A DNA stretch of 64,000 nt from Octopus bimaculoides. Its lineage: Eukaryota. Shown piece after piece: positions 51,288 to 63,610 of this stretch (position 1 is the stretch's first letter; each line of letters begins with the position of its first letter). The translations under genes were made by a program, and so were the position numbers. Location of the stretch: assembly GCF_001194135.2 (NCBI RefSeq), contig NC_068995.1:29051472-29115471 (forward strand). The letters are read 5' to 3'. Below the pieces are notes generated by a model. The model made no database searches and had not been told where the DNA came from. It saw only the letters and a program-made list of their open reading frames with translations.

Positions 51288-53032
51288 CATACATACATAC
51301 ATACATAAATACATACATACATACTTACAGGATTAAACGTTTTTCGTATCCCGGTACGTGTCTTTGTGATTGCCTATGTGTATGAAGATGTGATTATTCA
51401 TGTCATATGCGTTACTTAAAGACTCTCTGAATAGAGGTTCATAACATAATTACCAGTTGAGATTGTTATAATAGCTTTCGAAGGTAGTGCTATACCTTGG
51501 CAGTAGTATTATTGATGGAACCAGAAGTACACACACGCGTGTGCACACACTCATTTATAAGTACATATACGCACAATATGTGTGTGTGCATGTGTGTGTG
51601 TCTTTTTGGGGAGATACATTTTGTCAAGAAGGAAGGCATGCACTTGTTATATTTGACTTCTTTACAACTTGTTATATAATCAACCAACTAACTAATCATA
51701 CAACTGATCAATCAATCATTTTTTTTTTGAACGCCCTTCCACCACCATTCATTCATTCACGACCCCGTCAATGACGTGCCTTCGTTGACAATAGGACACA
51801 GTTGGAGTTAAGAAGACCTATCATTGATGATTACTAGAACGATTACATAAACAATTGATTAGTTAATTGGTTACTTAGATTAGTTAACTAGCTAACTAAT
51901 GATAATAAACAGAAATGAAGCAGAATTTGTGTTTTCCTTACTAGGAAAATTACCCTCCCAACATACATCCGTTTCAACGCATAATTCACATAATATGTGT
52001 GTGCGCGCGCGTGCGTGTATCTGTCTGTCTGTCTGTCTGTCTGTATCTATCTATCTATCTATCTATAAACTTTATATATATATATATATATATATGCATA
52101 TAAAGAAAAAGAAGGTAGTCAGGATTTGGATAATAAAGCTATTTATTTAGAGCTTTAGTCCCCTTCAGAGATTCATCGTGAATGATTCCGTATAGAAATA
52201 TCATGCATATGAAAACAAGTTTAACTCCAGATTTTATTTTCTCAACTGACGCACATGTATATAAAACGTATGGATTTTTTGCAAGAAATCTTTCATATTG
52301 GATCCCTGAAAAGGGATGAAAGCGCACGATAAATAGTTTTTATTCAAATCGTGATTACCTGTTTTTCCTTAATATATATAATCAGTACACCTCTTCAAAC
52401 AATCTATACATACATATATACTTAACTACCTACTTACCTACCTACCTAGATAGATAGATAGTTAGATAGATAGATAGATAGATAGATATGCATGTAAGTA
52501 TTTGCACATCTTCATCTGAAGAATCTTGAAATAGTTCTGTTTGAGAGGAAGCAACTAGCAAACTGTCACTTAAACATTACACACCCAGAACATGACATAC
52601 CTAAAACATACCCCTACACTCACCAAACAGTTTAATCGCCCACTCTTTCTGAGGATATACACTGGACTTTTGGAAGTACACTCCAGTGTGTGCCGTTTCA
52701 GAGAAAGTTGACCCCTCTAACATAGCAAACTATAGTACTATTGTATTATGGGATTACGTGCTATGTTTATTTCTTTTCATTTGTCTAGCTCTAGTGTCTT
52801 GCTAATTTGAAAGCACAGATTTCGTGGTAAGACGGATTGACGTCTATTTTTAGCATACAAGGGTCCACATAGTGGTCTCTCCTATTGTTTATATTTATAT
52901 AGTATTATCGCTTTCATTTCTAATATCCTCAAGGCTTGTTGATGGCTTGAGCCTCATGCCATCAACAATAACGTTCTCCAACACCTTGGAATTCTCTATC
53001 TTGTTTCCACATTTGATATTACTTAGTTTCAG

Positions 53033-53121
53033 ACGTAAGAACAAAATCTGATAAAGACAACAATAGCAGTCACAAACTGAAGAATAATAGGAACAAAAAT
53101 ATAAGACATTCTCTGAAGATG
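53033..53121 (+). CDS. Candidate 89-nt exon, copy 1 (DVRTKSDKDNNSSHKLKNNRNKNIRHSLKM)
   Basis: Acceptor TTTGATATTACTTAGTTTCAG, donor ATG|GTGAAA; only phase 1 is open; lies inside a 149-bp duplication. Confidence 0.3.
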
Positions 53122-53264
53122 GTGAAATTTTGAAAACTATGCACTGGCCCCTAAGTGGCTGCTAAAATAATTGTACATATACTTTCGGTATTAGCTCAGG
53201 GTCATAAGGAACTTAGTCCGGCTTCCATAGTCATATAGAGAGAGATAGCTCGATAGATAGATAG

Positions 53265-53267
<3 letters not shown>

Positions 53268-53320
<53 letters not shown>
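53268..53320. repeat. (GA)n microsatellite at the 3' end of the adjacent LINE relic
   Basis: Direct observation. Confidence 0.95.
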
Positions 53321-53322
<2 letters not shown>

Positions 53323-53324
53323 AG

Positions 53325-54650
53325 GCATTTATTGATTACAGTTTTCTGTCTTTTATGGGCAAAAATTAATCAGGACAAGTTAGTAGTCTCAAGCTCGGTA
53401 CCTCGAGAAGCAAGTTCTTGCCATCAAACAGCAACGTAGGGCACTGAACGGATGATCCTGTTAAGTTGTTTAGCCTCCGATCTCCAGATGGCTCGAAATT
53501 GGAACGTGATTGCAAGCAGGATCGCCATTTTCATTCAGAAATAGTTTGTGAGGAAACTATACTTGAAAAAGGATTGAGGTTGATAATTCATTAGTCGCTT
53601 CTGCTACCCATTAAATTTTGACCGTCATTTCACTCGTCTCATCAGGTTGGAGCGCCTGCTCTTTCGCATGTGAAAGGAAAGCATTCCACTAATCATACGG
53701 TCCATTAACTGTTTATATACTCTGGAGAGAAGACTCGGAATGCCGTGCTTTCTTATGCGCTGATGCATAGCTGTGCTGAGGCTGCAGCAACTACGGAGAG
53801 AAGATATGATTCTCCTTTTCTACAGTTTATTTCCTACAAAGAGCAGTAATCTTGGTTCAAGTCAAGACCATGACTGGGCACCTGGCATCTGGAATATTGC
53901 AGAACGCTCACACCCTCCTACCACCCGTGTGAATGTGGTCAGCAGAACTTCCATGTCAGCGTTCTATAGAGAACCTGTGGTGGTTAGGAGCGACAACGTT
54001 TTCTGGGAAACCCTAAGCAACAACGAGAATCAGCCGGCTGCTCGTTTCCAAATAACTTTCGAACTAGAAACTGCCAGAAATCCCCATCCTCTCAGCGCTA
54101 CACGTTGACATTAATGGTTCGAGACAAACGCAACTGGTATAGTGGTGTCATTAGCTTGGTTTATCCGAAGAGTAAGAAAACTATTTTGTACGCATTCGTT
54201 TACAGTTCGAGCATAATTTTTGGAGTTTTGTCGAACAGTAGTTGTAGTGAGTGGAACAAATCTGTCTACCAATGAAGTCAAGCGGATAAATCATTCTGCC
54301 ACTTAAATTTATTCGAGAAGTGAAAGCAGTTTTCTTCTGTCGGATGTTTATAGCGAAAAGGGTTGTCTAATGATCAAGATTAAAAGAATTGAAGACAAGC
54401 AGTTTCCACTTGGACAGGACAATGAAGATAGAGAGGGATGTGCTGCCCCTCTGTAAATTGTTTACAAAGTGAGTGAGTGTAGCATTTTATATAATACGTT
54501 TGAACGGACCTATTCTTGGGAGGTGGTTGTCCGGGCTCAAAGTCATCGAGGTTGTGTGGGGTTGCCTTGGTTGACTCTAAATAGCTATGCCATCTATTGA
54601 GGAATTTTGTTGTTGCCTGTTATTACTTTTTAAATATCACACAAACCACT
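53325..54650 (-). mobile_element. Degenerate L1/Tx1-type LINE RT and 3' end
   Basis: Broken frames INQANDTT (QYADDT-like) and GFLAVSSSKVIWK (SGxKVNxxK-like); AATAAA-like signal before a (TC)n tail. Confidence 0.5.
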
Positions 54651-55026
54651 AATCGTGTTTTGTATTTAATCCTTTATATATGTGCATTTGTGTGTATGCA
54701 TGAATGAGTGTACACGCACATACATATGTAATATATGTATATATGCACGATTATATGTATGTGTGTACATACGTATGCATGTGTGTGAGAGCACGTGTTG
54801 TGTCTGCGCGCGCGCGTAGGTATGTGTGTGCGGTGTGTGCGCGCGTGTGCGTGTGTGTGTGTGATCGTGTGTTAAACAATCGACGTTCTTTTATCGGAAA
54901 GAGGTTCTCAACACCTAATGATAACCATATATTATTAGAATATGAGAGCGGTAACAACTTGTTCAACTTATCGAACACAAAATAGGGAGGTGGGAATTCC
55001 TACATTACTAACTATATGAAAAAGAC

Positions 55027-55029
<3 letters not shown>

Positions 55030-55125
<96 letters not shown>

Positions 55126-55145
55126 GCACGCACACACACACACAA
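55030..55145. repeat. (CA)n microsatellite
   Basis: Direct observation. Confidence 0.95.
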
Positions 55146-55671
55146 CTGTATATCTTTTGCCACCATAAGGAGTGAGGTTTTTCTCAGAATGTGAACACTT
55201 CTATAAAGCGTAATAAGATCGTAGTCTTGAAATCGGAAGAACGAGTAGCAATGAATTAAATACTTCACAGTATTTAGCAATTGTTTTTTTCTTTGTTTAA
55301 CTTAAGTTTGTTATTTAAGATTTAACGTGACAGATTATTTTTTTAATGATATTTTTAGCGAGCAAAATAAAGATTCAGTGAAACCAATTAAATTCTCGTT
55401 TATGCCCTACATGATACAATCCTGGAAGTAAATTAAGAATATTAATGACAACATTACATCAAGGATATCCATTAATATGTGTTTATATTTCTCTTTCATT
55501 TTTATGATTTTTGTTTAGCGCAAATTCTGAGAAAATAAGCTTACCCCATTTAAGACATCATCTCAGCACGTCAGTAATAAAAACAAATCACAACAAGAAC
55601 AATAACAACAATACTAACACTACAACAGCAACACGTAAATCATTTCCACATTTGATATTACTTAGTTTCAG

Positions 55672-55760
55672 ACGTAAGAACAAAATCTGATAAAGACAAC
55701 AATAGTAGTCACAAACTGAAGAATAATAGGAACAAAAGTATAAGACATTCTCTGAAGATG
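55672..55760 (+). CDS. Candidate 89-nt exon, copy 2 (DVRTKSDKDNNSSHKLKNNRNKSIRHSLKM)
   Basis: Duplicate of 53033-53121 with one synonymous and one N-to-S change; donor ATG|GTGAAG. Confidence 0.3.
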
Positions 55761-56211
55761 GTGAAGTTTTGAAAACTATGCACTGGCCCCTTTAGAGGAA
55801 AGTCAAACAAGATGTATTAAGAATGTAAGAGAGAAGAAATAATACTGTGAGATTGACATTTCCTTCTTACACAAGCGTTTAATTTGTACAAATAGAACGC
55901 TGATAGTGTGTGTATGCCTTTGGATGTGATAGCGACGATGGTTTTCTTAAAGATTCCTATGACAAGAAGGGTAGAGGGGGAAGGAGAAACAGAGATAGAA
56001 CAGGAGAAGAGAGTAGAAAAAGAAAATAGAGTAGGAAGCAAAAGAAAGAGAAGCGAGGAGAACGGGAATCTGCTAAGAAGTTAATCCATTATCTTATGTT
56101 CAAGTGTTCTATAATGTTGAAAGATAAATCAATTCAATTATTCTTATGTTCTTTTCTTTTGTTCTTAATACAAAATGTAAGAAATTATTATAATCATATG
56201 AACACAATCAT

Positions 56212-56315
56212 TAGAGCGCCGATAAAATACTTGTAGTAGCTTATCAAGCACTCATATTCTGAGTTCAAATCTCGCCGAGGTTCCGTGGTCAACTTTGCCT
56301 TCCATCCTTTAGGGG
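56212..56315 (+). mobile_element. SINE family B 5' half truncated by a PLE
   Basis: TTCTGAGTTCAAATCTCGCCGAGG..GTCAACTTTGCCTTCCATCCTTTAGGGGT then an abrupt switch to PLE sequence. Confidence 0.7.
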
Positions 56316-57270
56316 TAGGGTGCAGGGTGGTATGTGAGAGGAAACGGGAGAAGGTAAGGGTGGGGCGGGTGAGAGGAGAAAGAGCAGAGGCACGGTCCGC
56401 AGTTCGTACCCAGCCAAGGGCAGTGTGGATAATGGTGAGGGGATATCTACGAAGGATGAAGTGGCGTGCCATGAGTTGAGACTGAATCTCAAAATCATTG
56501 TCGTCAGTGCAGAGCCTGCGAGACGGAGGAATTGGGAGTAGGGGATGGAGAGCTTGGTGTAGGTCGGGAGAAAGGAGGAGAAGTTAAGGTAGGAGTGTGA
56601 GTCAGTGTGTTTGTAGTGGATGGAGGTAGTGAGAGCGGAGTGATATATAGTGACAAATATGTTGAGAAATTCGACGGAAGGGTTTGAGATAGTGCAGGCG
56701 AATTCGAGGGCAGGAAGGGAGGATTGGACAATTCACGGGAGAGTGAGGTCGCACCGATACAGTCGTCGATATAACGACCATATAGTTCGGGATCGAGACG
56801 AGTAAATTGTGAGAATATTTGGGCCTCAAATTAGCCAACAAACAAGTTCGCATAGTTGGAGCCCATTCTGGTTTCCATGGCCCACCGGAGATTTGTCGGT
56901 AAAGCTCTCCCGCGAACAAGAAGCAGTTGAGGGAGAGGACAAGTTCAGCCAGACGAAGAAGTGTGGAGGTATCAGATTGAGGGTCAGGCCGAAGGTCTAG
57001 GAAGTGTTTAAGCGCAAGAAGTCCTTCGTTGTATGGGATCACCGTATATAAAAATTTGATATGAAGAATGAACAAAAGTTGAGAGGGGTCAGATGGAGAG
57101 AATGGTTGGTATCGTGGACGTGGGAGAGAAACGGGAGGAGGGAATGAGGTCATGAATAGTGGAGGACACAATCTCTTGGTGGTTAGGCTTGGGGTTGGAG
57201 GGCAGAGGGCAATAGAAGGAAGTGTCTTGAAGTTGACGTCACTAAAGTGATAGAGGGTACAAAGTGGTAC
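56316..57270 (-). mobile_element. Penelope-like element RT fragment, family P1
   Basis: LYTVIPYNEGLLALKHFLD..LLRLAELVLSLNCFLFAGELYRQISG and YGRYIDDCIG; overlaps 8150-8495 in homology. Confidence 0.85.
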
Positions 57271-57335
57271 CAACATTGCTAAAAAGAAAAGTTAAAACGA
57301 TTCATTAGATATATATATATATCTAATGTATATTA

Positions 57336-57371
<36 letters not shown>

Positions 57372-57660
57372 TCTGTCTTTCATTTGTTATATATGTATAT
57401 ATACTGACGAAGGGATATATTCTTTATGTTGCATGTCTCGTTTCTCTGTTTGTTTGTTTTTTTCGTTGTTCGAAAAAAGTTCGTTTTCTGTTTTCGCTTT
57501 TATTTTTTCGTTTTTCGTTTCTCATTGTGTTTAACGTCTTTTTGATGTCCTGTATCCATATATGCATGTATGTATACATATAGATGTAGATAGGTACATA
57601 TATGTATGGATATATGCATATATCTATATATTTATATTATTATATATATGTATATATCTA

Positions 57661-57719
<59 letters not shown>

Positions 57720-57949
57720 GTGTGTGTGTGATAATTTGTTGTTACAGCACAATATACATATGCTTTAGATTAAAGCGTTGGACTTTACATGTCTGGTATA
57801 AGAAGCAGCACTCAGATCTGAGTACCTGCGCAACATCTTATAACTTCGTTGGAGCCCTTGAAATATGTGTATGATGATTTTGGAAATCATTTAAATACAT
57901 AGAGTTGGTTATATTGCAATTTATATAAATATTCTAATAGAAATATGCA

Positions 57950-58190
57950 GTCTAATGATTGGGCACTGCTTTGAAGAATTTTAGTCGAATGAATCGACTC
58001 CAGTACTTTTTTTGAAGACTGGTATTTATTCTATCGGTCCCTTTTGCCGAACCACTACGTTACGCAGACGTAAACACATCAACACCGATTGTCAAATAGT
58101 GGTGGGGGACAGACACAAAGACACACACATACACATAGACGACGGGCTTCTTTCCGTTTCCATCTACCAAAGTCAATTACAAGGACCCCT
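57950..58190 (-). mobile_element. SINE family A variant, 3' part
   Basis: TTATTCTATCGGTCCC..GTAAACAC..GACAGACACAAAGACAC..GACGGGCTTCTTT. Confidence 0.75.
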
Positions 58191-58517
58191 GGCCAATAAC
58201 TGATGAGGAGTTGGTGACCTTCTGTTCCGCCTGTGTATTTAGTATATGTTCGTTTGTTTATTTAATACACGTTCTTTTTTAATTATATGTATATAGGTAT
58301 GTAAAATTTTCTGCTTGTTGTCTTCTTTTTATTTAATCCTGAAAAAAATATACATACATACGTGCATATGTATATATAAATAAATATATATATATATATC
58401 GAAACTCGATTAAGTGTGTTTAGTCATTTTTTCAATCGACGGGCAAATAATTAAATTTGCTACGTTTGTATTTCAACTACGCACTTTTACACACACACAC
58501 ACACAGACACAGACACA

Positions 58518-58566
<49 letters not shown>

Positions 58567-58684
58567 ACACATACACACACACATGCATACATGCAATACA
58601 TATAGACACATATAACATAGTGGAAGTGCGTTCTAAATGATACCTTCCGTGGTGCGATACATAACGCAATGTATGATATATTGC

Positions 58685-58880
58685 TGGCAAAATCAGTGCG
58701 TCAGACAAAATGTTTTCTGATTCATTATGTTCTGAGTTCAAAACCCTGCTGGGTTCAACTTTACCTTTTATGCTTCCGGAGTAGATAAAGTATAAAACAA
58801 TTTAAGTACCAGGGTCCATGGTATCGACTAAAACTCTCCTCTCAATAATACTGGTCTTGTGCGAAGATTTGAAACCGGTA
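58685..58880 (+). mobile_element. SINE family B
   Basis: TGTTCTGAGTTCAAA..CAACTTTACCTTTTATGC..GGTCTTGTGCGAAGATTTGAAACC. Confidence 0.75.
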
Positions 58881-59214
58881 TGTATTGTATATGTATTATT
58901 TTTCTTACCGGGAGAACATAGACGAAAAGTTTCTTTGCAGACCTTTCCAGGCTGGTGAGATTGATGTAGCTGATGTTGTCTGATTTTTAGTCTAAAGTCA
59001 GTATGAAAAATATGGGTCTGGTCTGAATGCTTGCATTGTGTGTGTAGGTGTGAATGATACGAAGTTAATTCCTTTTGAAGTGTAATTGAATTATTCCAAA
59101 GTACATCATTACAATAAAATTATTGTAAATATATACATACATGTATGAATGCATTCAAACATGCATTCATGCATGCGAGCATGCATGCATACATACATGC
59201 ATACATACATACAT

Positions 59215-59960
59215 AACTTACCATACAACCACAAAACAGCCGGTGTAATATACCTCAAAGAAACCCTGGATGTGAAACGCTCAAGTTCCAAAAAATGACT
59301 ATGCATGATTATGTTTATTGAAGAGTTGAAGAAGACAGTAATATTGACATGAAGTGAAACCTTTGGAGCACCAAGATACGTCCGAAGATGTCGATTATGT
59401 TATCATTACTGTAAAAGGCATCACACATATGATTAGCAGCTGCTCAAAATTGTCCTCAAGGTACTACCTCCCTATGCAACATGATGTCGCAAAACAATAT
59501 ACAATACCGTGCGGAAAAATACTGTCCTGAGATAAATATAAAGAAGCCCTTGTTATCGAATACATACATAAACATCAGCACGAAGAAAATTTGTGGAACA
59601 TTCCTATCAAAACATCTGTCCTGTGTAAACATAACAGGCCAGATATTGTTGTTTGGGACATATAAGAAACAATATGTACCCTTATATAGATCAGTTGTCA
59701 TGCTGATGTGAATATCTCTTTGAATATCAAAGAGAAAGAGGATAACTATAGATAATTGTTTCGAAACCTCAAGCAGATTATAGATTCACATTTATACCAG
59801 TAATAATTGATGTCCTTCATCTTTTGAGTAAATGCCTAAGTGACATTCTGGATAAACTATGGTTTTCAGAAATAGGAATCAGCCAAGTCACTCGCACATT
59901 ACAAATATAAACTGTAAGTGGAACAGTAAAAATATGCAAGATTTTTAAAGTTTAAAATGT
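59215..59960 (+). mobile_element. RLE-encoding LINE 3' part, (CATA)-associated family
   Basis: Zn-knuckle remnant CRLC..ISSCSK, YYLPMQHDVAK, WNIPIKTSVLCKHNRPDIVVWD, VSGTVKICK; (CATA)n-type arrays on both sides. Confidence 0.8.
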
Positions 59961-60004
59961 GATATTGTTTTGTTATCTACAAGAATTTAAATAATTAAAA
60001 TAGA

Positions 60005-60305
60005 ACATACATACATACATACATACATACATACATACATACATACATACATACATACGTACATATAATGCAACTATTTACATGAAAAAAAAAACATAGA
60101 AAAAACATACAAACCTGCACGTATACATACATACAAACAAAAATACCCTGTTGTTGATGTTGAAATTCCAATGAAGCAGCCTTGAATGTAGGTTAGAAAC
60201 CGGTTCTTTCTCTATTGGTAAGAAAGCTTGAAATAAAACTGAACAATGACATGCATACATACATACATACATACATACATACATACATACATACATACAT
60301 ACATA
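60005..60305. repeat. Two (CATA)n microsatellites
   Basis: Arrays at about 60005-60060 and 60250-60305. Confidence 0.95.
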
Positions 60306-61986
60306 CAGGCATGCATGTATACAGGATGCGTGTAAGTGGCTTAGACATAACATAGGATCTTTGAAGCTTGCAAATAAAATATTCGATAACTGAATCAATA
60401 TAACGGAACAAAGAGCAAATAAGACCTAGAAGTAGTCGATTGTTCCGTAATTTTCATTTTCCAGGTGCTCTTGCTCGCTGTAAATCGTTAGACATTTGCA
60501 GCATCTTATACATTAATAAATATAAATTATTTTCGTTTCCATCTCTCTACCCCACATCTCTCTCTTTCTCTCCTCCCCACTCTCTCTCTCTTTCTCGCTG
60601 TCTGTCTGTCTTTCTCTTCCCCCCTCACTCTCTGTCTATCTAGCAATCTATAATATTTATTTATCTCTCAGTATGCGTTTACGTGTACATATTTGAATAT
60701 ACGACATATGTACTTCAGATCAACATGGCGACATTTTCTTGTTGATTAAAGTGAGCGGCAGATAGATAACAATTGAATAACATTTTCTTCTTAAGATGAA
60801 GAGAAAAAATATACGGCTTAACGCTTTTTGCTTGAGTGTTTTATGAAAATCGGTTGAGAAAGTCGTTTCATTATTATATTTGTTATCGTTCTTATTCAGT
60901 ACGATAAAGCTGAAGAAAAATTCTTTTCTTTCGTATGTTATCAAAGCACGCATTCGGCGTCAGCGTAGATTACAAATAAAACCTTCAGAAAGTGTTCTTA
61001 AAAGTTTCTAGCCTTTTAGCTTAATATATGAAATAGTGAAATATAGGTATTCATTGAAAACAAAACAAGGGCAATGAAATAAAACAAAAATCATTGCTTT
61101 CACGTATTCTGTAAAGCGTTTCAAAAGATCTAATAAAGAATAATTGTTCATTTTCTAAACAACTCTCTATTTTAACTTGTACACATACTGTCTTCTTTTA
61201 TATGTATGAGAGTGATTTTGTAAAGTTTTCGTTATGTTTGCATGTGTCCCGGTGATATTAAAAACACGACTATGTTTCAATTTAGTAAGTTTTATTATGG
61301 ACCTTAGTGTTTCCATATAGGTCGTTGCAGTTTGGTTGGAGCACTAAAGTCCCAGAGTTATTTGTTATCAATGTTTTCAGGCTCCTTTCCATTATAATGA
61401 TATGAAGTGTTGTGAGCTTCTCAACTCACTTTGTTATATAGCGGGCAACTTTTATTTATGAAAACATTACCGCCGAAGATTAACCCACCAAAGGCCCACA
61501 TCGTCAGTCGCATGCGTATTCTGTTTGTGAAGAGTGTATAATGTCTGTTTCAACTTGTTAGCTAAACTACAGCCAGCAATTCGAGAGATCTAAATCAAAA
61601 TCATATTTTGCGCAAGACAACGACAGGAAAAATGGAGAGAGCAACAGAAACCTCCCTTGCTGATCTTTTATAATGACAAGCAGGTTGTCGACACCGTACC
61701 ACGGACAGCTTTTACATCCAACGAAGACGATTTAAATGTGGGAGAATTTCTACAACAGACGATGATGACTTTGTAAAGGTATGCACTGTGATCCGTGAAA
61801 CTTGTCGGCTGACTAGCTGCAAAGTTTCCAAAAAAATAAGCATCTCCGAAAGCTAGTGGCGGCTGATTCTTTTAAAACCTTTGAGAATCATAATATGAGA
61901 AATTTTTGTGTTTGTTGGCAAAGAATCAAGTTAGACAATCACTCAAAAGTTCTAAATTGTTCGGAGGTAGATAGAAATTTTCTGAA

Positions 61987-62379
61987 CAGGAGTGGCTGTG
62001 TGGTAAGTAGCTTGCTTACCAACCACATGGTTCCGGGTTCATTCCCTCTGCATGGCACCTTGGGCAAGTGTCTTCTACTATAGACTCGGGCCGACCAAAG
62101 CCTTGTGAGTGGATTTGGTAGACGGAAACTGAAAGAGGCCCGTCGTATATATGTATATATATATATGTATGCGTATGTATATGTTTGTGTGTCTGTGTTT
62201 GTCCCCCTCAACATCGCTTGACAACCGATGGTGGTGCGTTTACGTCCCCGTAACCTAGTGCTTCGGCACAAGAGACCCATATACTAGGCTTCCAAAGAAT
62301 AACTCCTGGGGTCGATTTGCTCGACTAAAAGCGGTGCTCTAGCATGGCCGCAGTCAAATGACTGAAACAAGTAAAAAAA
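61987..62379 (+). mobile_element. Full-length SINE family A
   Basis: Head GGAGTGGCTGTGTGGTAAGTAGC..GGTTCCGGGTTCA, core GGCACCTTGGGCAAGTGTC, tail GCTCTAGCATGGCCGCAGTCAAATGACTGAAACAAGTAAAA. Confidence 0.95.
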
Positions 62380-62595
62380 GGCACCATAACTGGTGCGTGT
62401 GTGCTTGTGCATGTGTGTGTGCGTGTGTGTGTATGCGTGTGTGCGCGCGCGCATATATTTGTATATACACATACATGTTTATATACTTGTATATCTATAT
62501 AATACATATATATAAACATATAGAGAAAGCTAGGTTGCTAGCTAGCTAGCTAGACAGACAGACAGACAAACGGATAGGCAGCTAGATAGATAGCT

Positions 62596-62638
<43 letters not shown>

Positions 62639-63101
62639 GACAGACAGAAGAAAGAGAGAGAGAAAGAGAGCTAATCGATCACCCCATTGATGCATATATA
62701 TGTTTGTACATATCTCTGTTTCTCTTTCTTTGTACACACAGAGATATGCATATAGCAAAATATATAGATAGATATATACTTGTATAAATACATACACATA
62801 CATATATAGATATCTTTATATATAATCACGCATACATAAACACAATATTTGTATATATGCCTTACAATTTACACTCAATTAATAAACAAAAAAGATCAAC
62901 TATTTTCCATTAACTGTTTTTGAAGGTTTCATTGTAATGTATGTGTATACAGCATGTGTGCGCACGAGAGATTGTGCGTGAGTGTAAGTTTTGGTCACAC
63001 ACATACACACGCAAATACATATATAAACATGTGATGGTTAAATCTACTCATCTAAACACATTTTCATAGATTAATACGAACCACCGTATGTTAGTGTTCG
63101 T

Positions 63102-63152
<51 letters not shown>

Positions 63153-63527
63153 CGTATGTATGGTATTTTGTTAAGTAGTTTATATTATTGTGCACAATCA
63201 ACTAAATTTCCTCATATATTCATAAATATCTCTTTTGTGTATAGTTTTTACAATTGAGCGTGTTTTCGCGCCAGTTTAAATGGTTTCAACAAGTGTGCAA
63301 TTCTGTGTAAAGCGGATCTTTCTGTGAGCCGGCTTCTTTGATCTTCTGATGTAGTTTAGCCGGCTCTTGACAAGTCATTGTCACAATCATCATGAATGAC
63401 ACAGAATTCATCAAACAGACCGGTAGCTAATTTATATTTTTATTTTTTAAATAGACAGTGAGAAAGAAAGAATACGGTGAAAACAGAGAAGGAATGAGAG
63501 AGCGAGACATTTTGTTAATGGTGTTAG

Positions 63528-63566
63528 ATGTGACCTTTGTCGATTAGTAGTTCACATGTGACCTTT
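63528..63566 (-). promoter_or_regulatory. Two AAAGGTCA extended nuclear-receptor half-sites
   Basis: ATGTGACCTTT at 63528-63538 and 63556-63566, just inside intron 1 of putative gene 1. Confidence 0.25.
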
Positions 63567-63576
63567 ACGTACTTAC

Positions 63577-63610
63577 CACCAATAGTCGCCTTCACCAACA
63601 ATATCATCAT
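63577..63610 (-). CDS. Candidate first coding exon of putative gene 1 (MMILLVKATIG)
   Basis: ATG at 63610, perfect donor GTG|GTAAGT, phase 1; joining it to 46341 yields a continuous hydrophobic leader. Confidence 0.4.

Noticed and set aside
57404-57430. CTGACGAAGGG start typical of PLE hammerheads
   Set aside because: The helix II partner and GAAA are missing; decayed at best
61987-62060. tRNA-like A/B boxes in SINE heads
   Set aside because: No cloverleaf or acceptor stem; these are SINE promoters, not tRNA genes
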